A stretch of 54,672 bases of DNA, filler included, from Basidioascus undulatus (taxonomy: Eukaryota), in the NCBI GenBank assembly GCA_000826855.1. It is 3 parts of 3 records of this genome, joined end to end, with 100 filler letters (N's around TTAATTAATTAA, not from the genome) between each part and the next. Parts side by side here need not be neighbours in the genome. Positions count along the whole stretch, not along the records: positions 36,550 to 54,672 come from JTLS01000483.1; 2 more parts are not named here. One strand, written 5' to 3'. Both the position numbers and the translations under genes were made by a program. Under the pieces are notes generated by a model that saw only the letters and a list, made by a program, of their open reading frames with translations, ran no database searches and was not told where the DNA came from. Shown here piece by piece: positions 38,590 through 48,807 of this stretch; position 1 is the first letter of the stretch, and each line of letters opens with the position of its first letter.

Positions 38590-40135
38590 ACTTACCTGCT
38601 GAGTCCCAACCAAGTGCTCGAATTGCGGTCTGTACTGCTCTACGAGTGCACAATTGCGCATGAACAGACGGAACGCGCGTGGGTCCAGCACGGGGTAATA
38701 CGTAAAGTGCTGCCCGGCGCAGAAACTATTCAGCGCGGAAAGGAAGATTGCATTCGCCAAGAATTGCCACTCACGGTTTAGATCACCCGGAATGGGGAGG
38801 TCCCAGCGAATAGGCCACCGAAGCAGCGCTCGCTGGAAGTCTTCGGACAGCAGGAAGTTGAGGAACAGTTTGGCGGCCTCCGGTTATTGAGCAATAGGGC
38901 AGCCAGCGTGAACGAACCGCGCGTAGTGAAGTGACAGTGCGGTTGTTGCAGTTGAGGACCTCAAACGAGGTGTCGGTCCCCCTTACCCATAAGATGTCTT
39001 GATTTTGAATGAAAGCGATGATCTGCACCGTGAGGCGATGCAACATCAACTGAAGGCCGAGTGCGTAACAGCATCAACCAGCACGTGCCTCATCCTAGCC
39101 ATTACTGCTGCACGAGGAGGTAGAACCTAAGGTTGTTTTTCAGAGTCAGTGCCAGGCTGAATACTAAGTGGAAAATTCTTACTGAAACAGGACCGCGTCG
39201 TCGTCGTTCGGATAAGTGAGGGCGAACTTGCCCTTCCATTTCGGGTCTTGGAAGCGGGGAAGTCCCGAGGTGCTGTTGTTTCGTCCAATCCAGGGACCCG
39301 TTGGGGAAAGTGGGCCCGAAGTAGAAGAAGAAGTAGCCGCTGCTCGGAACAGGACGCTCAGCGCTGACGCATAAAGCAATGAGCGACATTGCAGGGGCGC
39401 GCATACCTCCAATACTCCTCGGGGTCTTTCGCGAAGTCAAAGACCTTGTCGAAGCCAAGAGGCTTGTACTGCATAAGAGCCTCTATACAATCCCATAGCT
39501 CAAGTGAGTCCCCAGTAACGACAGTCCCTACACGACAACGTACCCTCGTCTTTCCATCGGTCAAAATCTTGCAGCGTCTGCAACAATACGATATCGGTCC
39601 CAGCCATTCCCGTGAGATTGAAGTTGCTATCGATAGCACCGTCGTGATACTAAACGGACGAGGAGGGTCAGGGATCAACGGTGTCGCTGATGAGAGCTTC
39701 CGAAATATACGCCAGAAAGCTCGGCCTACCTTAGAGAAGTCCACCGACCAGTTAACGTTGATTTAGGGAATCTGGCCTGAAATGCGGCCATCGCTGCGAT
39801 GGAATGAATGTTACCGACCGAAAGCCGCCTGGGAGGGTGAGTACATGTATAGTCACTGGCATCCTGCTGCCCCTCCCTGCTCGTACGCTCCAAAACGTAT
39901 GTCGAGCTGCCCGCTTCAACGATCACAGCTTGGTACATCTCGTCGAGAGACCGATGCTCAACGCTTCGGCAGTATTTTGATCGGAACCTTCGGCGGTTGC
40001 AGCTCGGTTGAGGCCTACGGCCAGACGTTCGGTGGGGAATATCTTGGCTTGAGTTAGCTTGTCTCCAGCGGAGCTCGGTGTCGATCGCGCATATGGAACA
40101 CTGAGTGCGAGCAGGAGAAGGGTGGTGTAAAGCAT
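38590..40135 (-). CDS. Secreted periplasmic-binding-protein type II-like protein (ABC Fe3+/thiamine-binding-like), possibly frameshifted
   Basis: Signal peptide; RSLDEMYQA, AFQARFPK, VDFSK-YHDGAID, LQTLQDFDRWK, YKPLGFDKV, DPKWKGKFALTYPNDDDAVLF, WVRGT, AAKLFLNFLLS. Confidence 0.8.
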
Positions 40136-41233
40136 ATCTAGTCAAGATCAGCAGGGTGTGCTAACTTTGAAGAGGGGACAAAGAGACGACCTCATCCCAA
40201 AGATCTCGGACTTTATAACAGGCATGCCGAGAGTGCGAGATGTGGCTCAGCCGCCGAACCGCCGCATGCGTAAGTTGGGATGCGTCGTGATCAACGGGAT
40301 CAAAGAGCTAACAAAGACCTGCTACGGGACCTCCATAACGCTTCCGTGGTGTTTCCGACATTTAATTAACGTTCCGCAACAAACATACTCGCAAGCGAAA
40401 GGTGTGACTGTACTTCCACCTCCGCACAGCCAGCCACCTCGACGTTGGAACACCCGCCACAACCGCAACCGCTCGCTCTTCGCTGAAAAACTCCCAGCGT
40501 GTCATTCCGTTGCTTTATTGGAACTATGGCAACACCTCAAGTATCAAGTCCCATCAAGCACTCGCTAGTCTGATGACAAGCCGTTGATCGTCCGTGCCCA
40601 TGAAGATTTCCCGATCGGATTATCAACCAACAGGTTGCTCAAGACTTTCCGACTGGGGGTTCTTTGGCTTCCGTCGAAAACTTCCGAGTACTTGAGGCAG
40701 TCATCCGAACGCGCTGACATGCAGCCGTACTCTTTCGCAAAGCGCTTCGAGCCTTGCTTGCCACGAGCCACTGCAAGAACTTGCAGGCGCAAACGAAATT
40801 GAGTCGCTCCTTCAATGTTTACACACTATGACATTCTCTTGAACCCATCTTGCAGAGGGTACATCCGTCTGTGTAAATTGACTCGCAAGACGTAGAACTT
40901 CTGTGTTGCCAGGCTATGACCATTTTGGGGACAATCCCACGGACGGCCTCAGTAGTATTCCACAGCAGCTCATTTTTTTCTGTCTACACTCCCGTAATCC
41001 TGAAACTGTTATTGATCAAGCAACATGAAAAGCAGCATCAAGTTGCCTCAAGCCAGTAAAGTGTATTCGGCCGAAGACTCCGCTCCGAAGGTCGTATCGG
41101 GCGGCTCGCTCTGTGCCGATCGGCAATCTGCCGTCGATAAGCCTGCTTGACTCGCTCCTCTGGAATCTGTTGCACGCGATACGCCATTTTAATACGCGAC
41201 CACCACCATCATCATCCTCTGCACTAACTGAGC

Positions 41234-43697
41234 ATGATGACCTCCTCAGCGACGGTGCGCCAGCCGCAGCTGGAGCCGCCTAAACTTGAATCCATAGAGA
41301 AGACGCCCTCTAGAGCACTGCTCGAGCAGCCGTCGCTGCCGCCTGCCCTCGCTGTAGATATAGAGCGCCTCCCGGTCGAGGACGACCCGAGGGAATGGTC
41401 GGATGCTTGGAAGGTAAAGTATGTTCAGCTTTTAGTCTACCCGCTCATGGTGGCTGAGATGCGGATGTTCGGTTGGCCAGAACGCAACGCTATTTTGTAT
41501 ATCTTTCGCATCGATGTCTCCCACATTCTGTGAGTCGACAGTCCAGTAAAATTTATGCTCTGCCCTCCGGCGCTGAAACAAGCTCCCAGCGGCATCAATA
41601 TACAGTCAGTTACCCTTCGCATCCCTTCTCCAGGGCGCTCACTTACGCAACGCTGCCTTCCACAGCACCCGCAATCAATATTATTCAAAGTGATCTGTAT
41701 GGCACGAGCGACGACATCTCACTATCGTTGGCGTTATTCATTCTGTGCGCTATCAATTCATATGCCGTCCCTCTCCGGTTCAGCTCACAGTCGCACCTTT
41801 GCACAGGCTGCAGGGCGCGACGCCTATCATCTGGTCTGCACTGTCGGAGGTCAAGGGCAGGAAGATAGTATACCTCATCAGCCTGACCCTGGTCCGTTTA
41901 CTCGTTTGAGGCACTCTGATATTCCATGATTGCTCATAGACACTGGTGTGCAGTTTACGGTCGGCACCGTTGTTGCCTCGAGAGCGATGAACATGGGGTC
42001 CGCAACCGCTGGGCCCTGAACTTATAAACAAAGCGCTGTTCTGACTGTTCGGCCGTGCTACAGTGTTCTCATCGGCATGCGCTGTCTCGGCGCGATCGGA
42101 TCATCCGCTGTATTGTCTATAGGTGCTGGAACGCTAGCCGTACGTACATTTCCCTCTGACAGGCCGCGTGTAGCGCCTTCCCTTTTTAGACGCTCACACT
42201 CCCGTGGCTTGCTACATGTAGGACATCTACGACACGAAGGAGCGAGGAACACGTATGGGCATCTACTATGCATTCCCTCTGCTTGGCCCTGCCTTATAAG
42301 TTGCTTCTCGCCCCCGGACCCTTTTGTGCAAGCTGACACGCGCTTTCTGTCCGCACTGGTCCTCTGTTGGGAGGGCTTCTCACACAGGTGTTCACTTGGA
42401 GAGCAACATTCTACTTCCTGTCAGTCTGCCAAACTTTCTAGTAAGCATCACGGCGCTGACCGTTCACCTCCACTGCAGCGCCTCTATGGGCGGATGTGCT
42501 GCCGTCTCCTTCCTCTTTTTTAAAGACACCTTCCGCCGGGAGCGTTCCGCGGCGTATATAGCCGCACGCAAACGCGCGGTTGCTCACGCCGTCTTCAAGG
42601 CTGAGAAAGGCGGTCAAGCTGCGGACTTTAAGGCCGAGGACGTGCAGGTCAGACTGACACTGGCGGACGTCAACCCGCTCGCGCCTGCTGGCCAGATCTT
42701 GAAGATGCCGCATAATCTCTGTGAGTAATAGCGGGAACAGGGGTTCCGTCAAAGCAAGCTGATAGAGTGGGCGTCGATCACAGGCACGCTTTTCTTCACC
42801 GGCATGATTTTTGCGTCGCAATACTCGCTGTCCATCACGGCGGCAAGGACATTTGCATTCGCGCCCTACAACTACGACACCCTAATCGTGGGCGCGATCA
42901 TACTCGCTTTCGGGGTCGGATCGGTGGTCGGGAGCGTGTTCGGCGGGCGCCGGTCGGACCACGTGCTAGCGAACCTCAAAGCGAAGAACAACGGCGTGCA
43001 CGAACCAGAAGTGCGCCTTTTCTTTCAACCTCAGACTATCACCGCCCTTGGCTTAACGCTTAACAAGCATAGTTCCGCATCCGCTCCATCCTCTATGCGT
43101 TGCCTGTTCTGCCGGCCTCGTTCCTCGTGTATGGCTGGATCGCGGAAACTCACCAGCATGTCGCTGTGTGCGTCGTGATCTTGTTCATCGCGGGTGCCGC
43201 GATGGCCGCGACGTACTCTCCCATGCTAGCCTACGTGGTGTCCGTCATTTTGCCATCCGTTCTTCAAGGCAATAGCTGAACCCACAGCCTTTTTTGCATT
43301 GACAGTGACTCCAACGCAGGCCGCTCGTCATCCGCTGTGGCGTGTAATTCCCTTTCTCGAGGCCTGTCCGGATTTGTGGCATCGATGATCGCCATTCCCC
43401 TACAGGTAGCCCTCCAACCTTTTGATCTTTTTTGAACGCACACTGATCGACACCCCTGCCCTATTCAGAACGCGATCGGAGACGGTCCCTTGTACACAAT
43501 CTGGGCCGGTCTGATATCGGTGAGTCCTTTCTCGTCTGCACGCTCCGAGCCTGTCAGACCAGCTAAGCCATTTGAGCAACATTCAGTTTGGGGCCATCGC
43601 CATGCTGTTTTTGGTGCGGTTCGGGACGAGCTGGCGGGATCCGGAATGGAAATGGCGGAAGGGGCGGAATCCCGCCGCTGGGACTGCCGAAGCATAG
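41234..43697 (+). CDS. MFS drug:H+ antiporter (DHA1; DTR1/QDR-like)
   Basis: DIERLPVEDDPREWS, QGATPIIWSALSEVKGRKIVY, GSSAVLSIGAGTLA-DIYDTKERGT, FKDTFRRERS, GSVFGGRRSD, DSNAGRSSSAVACNS. Confidence 0.9.
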
Positions 43698-43843
43698 ATT
43701 CAGTTCCGTTCGCTAGCCTACCATGGACTTGTTGTATGTCAACGACAATATTCGTGATGTTCAACAGCCTATCAAGAGACAGCGCGACACTCATATCAAG
43801 TAGGGTAAGAGCATGAATGGTTGCGTGCGGCAGAGCACACCTT

Positions 43844-44782
43844 CTACGAGGTGCCCGACAGAGATACCCCTTCCAGTTCCCAGAGAGTACCCTTCTCCAC
43901 CTCACTCCGAATCCACATCATCCTGTTCTCCATCATATGTTTATCGTCCAGCACCGGCGCTCTCAGGAAAGCCACATCAAGACCTTCCCGTGCCGTCCGC
44001 GCCGCCACCCTCATCTCCTGCAACGTTTCCAGATCGTAAAATGCCCTCTGAAGTTCCCGACCACTGATGAAGATAACCCTCCGCAGGCTTTTTCCCCGCT
44101 TGAATAGCTTTTGTATGATCGGTAGCCCTGGCTCGGTGGCCTCGAAATCTGGTGTGTCGAGGACGAGATGGGTGAGGTGCGGAAGAGCGATGATGGCCTC
44201 GACGAAGTGAACGTCAATGCCTGGATTATAGATCGCAAAGCGACGAAGAGAGGTCCATCCCGGCCAGCAGACCCAGTAGTCAAGGTCGTCGAGAGGGGTA
44301 CCCAGGAAGAATTCGCACTGGATGGAGACAGCTTCCTCGAGCTGGTGACAGGGCGCGAGCGTTCCACGTAGGAGCGGGCGCACGCCGTGCTTGTCTTCTT
44401 CGGGCCAGAAAATCCTAAGCTGCCGATCGAACAAAAGCCGGCGAAGGAAGGGGCGGACTAGGACGAGGAGCGACGCGAGGTCAGTCGACGACGGCGGGAG
44501 GAGGGCGTGAGGGAAGTCGCGGAGGGAGAGCGAGCGGGTGTGTTGGACGTGATGATTAGCAAGAGTCGACAGTGCGTTAAAGAGCTTCGTGAGTTGCAGG
44601 GCGGAGGATATGATGATGGTTGAATAGAGGTGAGGGGCTGATATGCGGTAGAGGTCGCGGCTGACAAGACAAAGCTCGAGGAGGGCCGCTTGAGCGTCGC
44701 GTTCGCGGCCGTATTGCAGCGGATGGCTTGGGAAAACCAGAATATCGACGGCGTGTTTAAGTAGATCGGTAGGGATGCGCAT
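43844..44782 (-). CDS. F-box-like protein, single exon
   Basis: MRIPTDLLKHAVD...LLELCLVSRDLYRISAPHLYSTIII; LRR-like LRRFAIYNP and LPHLTHLVL; uninterrupted ORF. Confidence 0.75.
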   Translation of the reverse strand: MRIPTDLLKHAVDILVFPSHPLQYGRERDAQAALLELCLVSRDLYRISAPHLYSTIIISSALQLTKLFNALSTLANHHVQHTRSLSLRDFPHALLPPSSTDLASLLVLVRPFLRRLLFDRQLRIFWPEEDKHGVRPLLRGTLAPCHQLEEAVSIQCEFFLGTPLDDLDYWVCWPGWTSLRRFAIYNPGIDVHFVEAIIALPHLTHLVLDTPDFEATEPGLPIIQKLFKRGKSLRRVIFISGRELQRAFYDLETLQEMRVAARTAREGLDVAFLRAPVLDDKHMMENRMMWIRSEVEKGTLWELEGVSLSGTS

Positions 44783-45124
44783 CGAAAATCGAGGCTCGAG
44801 CGAGTGGCGAAGCTGATCGAGGGGAAGGTCGTGACGATGGAGCAAGACGAGCGGAGGCGGCCTTCCGAGCGTCCGCCGTCTTAGTCCGGAGGCTGTGCTT
44901 GCTAACACGTCCGGTTGGCCGCCACAGAAAGTGGCGTATACTCAGATATCTGCACAGATTCGTGGAAATACCACTCGAACCAATAACCGGAGTCGGACAG
45001 AATTTTGAGCTACTGGGAGGTAGCCGGCTGGCTGTGGGACAACTCCATATTGGCGTTGCTTGACGGATGTCCATCGACTTAATACAGACATCATGAGAAT
45101 CAGGTCTCTTTAATATCATTTCTG

Positions 45125-45295
45125 TTAAAGTCCCGCATCGTACAGCCACTTGAGTACGCCCTTCGCCCCACCCAACCCTGCCAGCACGAGCGCAAAGTGC
45201 GCGACTCCAAGTCCAAGCACAAACGGCAACACGACGCTCGTCCAGGTGCTTCCGTCGCCGGCGCTCGCGGATGTGGGGCCTCGGGGTCGCACCAT
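45125..45295 (-). CDS. Small single-TM hypothetical protein
   Basis: MVRPRG...WTSVVLPFVLGLGVAHFALVLAGLGG hydrophobic stretch; 56 aa. Confidence 0.35.
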   Translation of the reverse strand: MVRPRGPTSASAGDGSTWTSVVLPFVLGLGVAHFALVLAGLGGAKGVLKWLYDAGL

Positions 45296-45752
45296 CAAAC
45301 GGGGCTGAAGTGGGTTGATGTCTTGGCTCGGATTGGGCTGTCGAGGGGACGCAGCGCGGGCGGACGACTGCTGGAAGTGATGAGTCAAATAAGGAGGGAT
45401 CGCATGAGGCAGCGGCTCATGGGGTCACCTCTGGCTTGGAGGGCATCATGCAACAGTAGAACCGTTTTTGCAGAAGCAGACTAACGGGGCTGTTTGAGCC
45501 GGTTGTGGTGAGTAAACAAGAGGCAAACAGCGTGTTCTTTTTAAAGTTCCGTCGCGTGGGAGTTGAGGGCACGGCAGTCGTCTTGATGCATTGTTTGGTC
45601 TTCTTGTCATCTTATCTTGTTCGTGGATGAATAAACCTGGGAGCTGAAGTGTAAAAAGAAGCGTTCTAACTTGCCAGTGTCCATGTCTGTGGTCGTTCCA
45701 ACCGCGGGGGACAGTAAGTGAAGTCCATCGGCGTTCCCTGCTCCTCCTCCCC

Positions 45753-45765
45753 AAAAGCAACAAAA
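45753..45765 (-). terminator. Putative RNA Pol III terminator (T4 runs) after the tRNA 5' half
   Basis: Minus strand CTGTTATGA TTTT GTTGC TTTT directly follows A37. Confidence 0.6.
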
Positions 45766-45774
45766 TCATAACAG

Positions 45775-45858
45775 TACGAGTGGCGCGCTCTACCACTGAG
45801 CTAAAGGGGCCTATTCAATACGTGCCCCCTGGCTGGATTGAACAACCGACCTCACCAT
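45775..45858 (-). tRNA. Circularly permuted tRNA-Thr(CGU): 3' half (45858-45823), 12-nt spacer, 5' half (45810-45775)
   Basis: Minus strand: ATGGTG AGGTC GGTTG TTCAATC CAGCC AGGGGGC A | CGTATTGAATAG | GCCCCTT TA GCTC AGTGGTA GAGC G CGCCA CT CGT A; the reordered halves give a complete cloverleaf. Confidence 0.9.
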
Positions 45859-46823
45859 TTCGCTGCCACACAACTAACATGTCGCTGCATGTAGAGAGAA
45901 ACTTAAGACATCAGAACCAATCAAGCTTACGAAAGCTCGTCTATGGCACAATGTTTATTGAACTTTGGCTGTACATGCTGAAGTGTAATACTTCTGATAA
46001 GGTACTCCAAACAACGTTGGGATATCCGATAAAGCACGGCATGGGTGTTATTTGAAATTCCACGCAGTCACTGTGTCTATCCAGCGGTGTAGCCTTTTCA
46101 GTCGTGAAGTATAGAACAAAGTTGGAGATAAATATGATGAATAACATGCCAGATTTTGGCCACATTTTTCAAGATAAAGAGTCACCAGAGTCACTGATCA
46201 GCTTCATCATAACTGGCCAAACCGTGGAGAGAACTGCGCTGCCGCTCTGTGTTTGTTTGTGTGCTCGTTTCAAACATCCAACACAGCACGCATCTTGAGA
46301 ACCCGAAAGATTTTAGGACCCTATGACAGTGAGCTGAAGTTTCGTCTGGACTCGAGATTAACATCTTCCATGGAAATTCTTAGAGCCGAGGACCCTCGCC
46401 GCGAGAGCAGTAACCTCAACGTTTACATAGACTGTGACTGGATGTCCACAGGAATCAACTTGAGCGTCTCAGATTACCGTTACTCGTCCGAAGCGGTCCA
46501 ACCAAAGCGTCAAAAAGCCTAAACATCAACCAGCGACGAACTCGCAACGCCTCATCGCAAAAAGCACCTCGGGCCATAAAGCACACATTAAGGGGTCCAT
46601 GTTACTATTCCCCACCTTTTGAGAGGAATTTAGGCGGTATTCTTATGCAAAAATACCCAAGGCGGCGCACTGCATGTGGCAGGCTGCTATCTTGCCGTCA
46701 GATCTCCATGACCTACTGTAGTGGAGAGTTCGTCCTCATAGCTCAGTCGCTGCTAACATAATGCAAACATCTTGTCATATCTCATTTCGAATGCCCAACG
46801 CCCACGGCCGTCCAAGGCCACGC

Positions 46824-47277
46824 TCACACCTTCTCCTCCATTGCCGCCCGGTCCGCCTCGGTTTCGGGACCCTCCTGCTCTGTCCAGAAAGTGCTGATCG
46901 ACGTAGCGAAGAGCACCAGATTCAAAGACCCCCTTTAATCCCAGCGAGACGCCCAGCTACGTCAGGTTCAGCCGCCTTCTCCGGCCACTCTGTGGAAATA
47001 CGCACCCAGAGGCGACCATAAAGTAGTCGCAGATTTCGTAGATCTGGACCAGCGTGTCTTCGTTGGGGTGCGGATCCCACAAGGCCATGTAGACTTCGAT
47101 GGAAAGGCTGGCACCGATTGCGAGGACCATGATAGCGGCGCTGGCGAGCACAACACACTCCAGAGTGGAAATGCTGTCGCCCTTGGGGTCTTGCACGGCA
47201 GGCTTTGCGTCTTCGGGCTTCGAGTGCGTATAAATCGACTGGCACGTCCCGATAAGAAGGGGGGTACGCTCGCTCAT
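46824..47277 (-). CDS. Small membrane protein, hypothetical
   Basis: MSERTPLL (dileucine-like motif), hydrophobic VVLASAAIMVLAIGASLSI, a probable GTGCGT intron and a second hydrophobic exon. Confidence 0.45.
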
Positions 47278-47956
47278 GGCCTCTGTAGGATAGATACTGG
47301 GGATTTCGGGAGTGTGTGGACGAGGCGACTGGGTAAACAAGGGGGAAGTTGGCCAACCCCCGCCATGTGGAGGAGCAGAGGGGGCGTAAGCAGTGCAGGT
47401 TGCGGCATACGGCTCGGCGGCGGTGAAAGTGGCATGCAAGTCTCGGACGTGCGCGCAGGGGGTGCCGCAGCGTGTTTGTCGAAGACTATAACAAAGCGCT
47501 GACATCCAACCTCCTTAAACTAAGGCTATAAAATAAACTGTTTTACTGTTTGGTTTACCCTGAAGACTTTTCGAAGTTGGTGAAGATGAGGCCACAGACA
47601 GTTTGATGTCGAATCTTTGGCCTGAGAGCTCAGTACCGAACCTACTCTGCAGCGCTTCAGGCCGAGGGTTCCAGGATGAGCACACCTTCGCATATACTGC
47701 TTGTTGAAAAAGAAGGTAACTTGAGTTGCTTGTAGTTGCTTGTAGTCTTACTTGGCACGTTGGCGAGCTGTGTTCGCATCTGTTCAGTGCGCTGCAAACT
47801 CAAACGAGCGGTGACCTCAGCACTTTCAACTTCTTTGTGGTATCGACCTGAAAGACCTTCAGCAACAAGTAAAGCTTTTCATTGAAGATCCAGCGGAACT
47901 TTGAACAGGACGGTCAGGATCTTGAGCGTTCCGACGTCCCTCATTGCGCGGCCACC

Positions 47957-48653
47957 ATGACCTTCTGGACTCTATCCTCATCGGTAGTGGGTGCCGGCTT
48001 TGATAATGACATATCTTTACTGACTGATGTTCGACAGACAAAAAAAGCGGTACTGAGGAATGCAGGTCGCTCGTTCAGCACCACTGCTCCGCAAGGCAGA
48101 GGCGAGTCGTCTTCAAACGCTCTCCACTTGAAGTGGTTCTTACCGGGCTTGCGACGGTTTGGTGCTCGTGAAAAGACGTCGGAGAGGTGATAAAGCAGGT
48201 CTACATCCGCGCTATCAAGGAGTTCAGGCCTCCTCCGCGTGTTCGCCTTCCTTCTCCTCGCCTCCGACACACTCACAACTCAGTCCTTTGGCCTTCAAAC
48301 AGAGACCCGACGACCACGTCGGACAGGTGAAGCCCTTCCGCGTGATCACGCCCCCTCACGCGCCGCAGCCTCCGTCCGGGGCGGACCTAGCGCTCGAGCT
48401 GCGCGCGTACGAGGCGGACGAGGCGACGTACGTCGACCGCGGGTCCGAGGCGCTGCACAGCCATGAGATCGAGAGCCTCGAGCCGTTCAAGGGGCGCGTG
48501 GACGACTGGCTACGCTGGCTCGGGGAGGAGTACCCCCACGCCGACGCGAAGCCGCCGCCGGTGGACGTCAACACACTTCCGCCGGCGCCGAAATTGGATG
48601 ATGCGGTGAAGGATGAGGGGGCGGGCGGGGAGGGGAGGGAAATAAAAGGGTGA
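47957..48653 (+). CDS. ATP14: Mitochondrial ATP synthase subunit h-like
   Basis: GCCACCATG start; presequence RNAGRSFSTTAP; VIKQVYIRAIKEFRP, DDHVGQVKPF, P-P-rich segment, ADLALELRAYE. Confidence 0.6.
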
Positions 48654-48807
48654 GGAGTTGAGAGGGCGCCAGAAAAGCACGGTTGTAAGTGTTGTGATGC
48701 AGCTGGGCGATGATGGAGGAAATGAAAGCGGCGTCTATGCCACCACAAGCAACATGTCCTGCATCTAAGCCCACAACACTCCATCAACCCATCTAAGCGT
48801 GCTCCTT

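Noticed and set aside
46134..46197. Possible C/D box snoRNA (ATGATGA...CTGA)
   Set aside because: No convincing terminal stem and no rRNA guide I can verify; these motifs are short enough to occur by chance
45400..46300. Alternative reading of the tRNA halves as two tandem intron-containing tRNA genes
   Set aside because: I found no second 5' half upstream and no second 3' half downstream; T4 runs follow directly after A37; and the two halves present are mutually complementary
45930..46522. Plus-strand fragmented ORFs next to the tRNA as a mobile element
   Set aside because: No transposase, RT or integrase motifs and no terminal repeats seen
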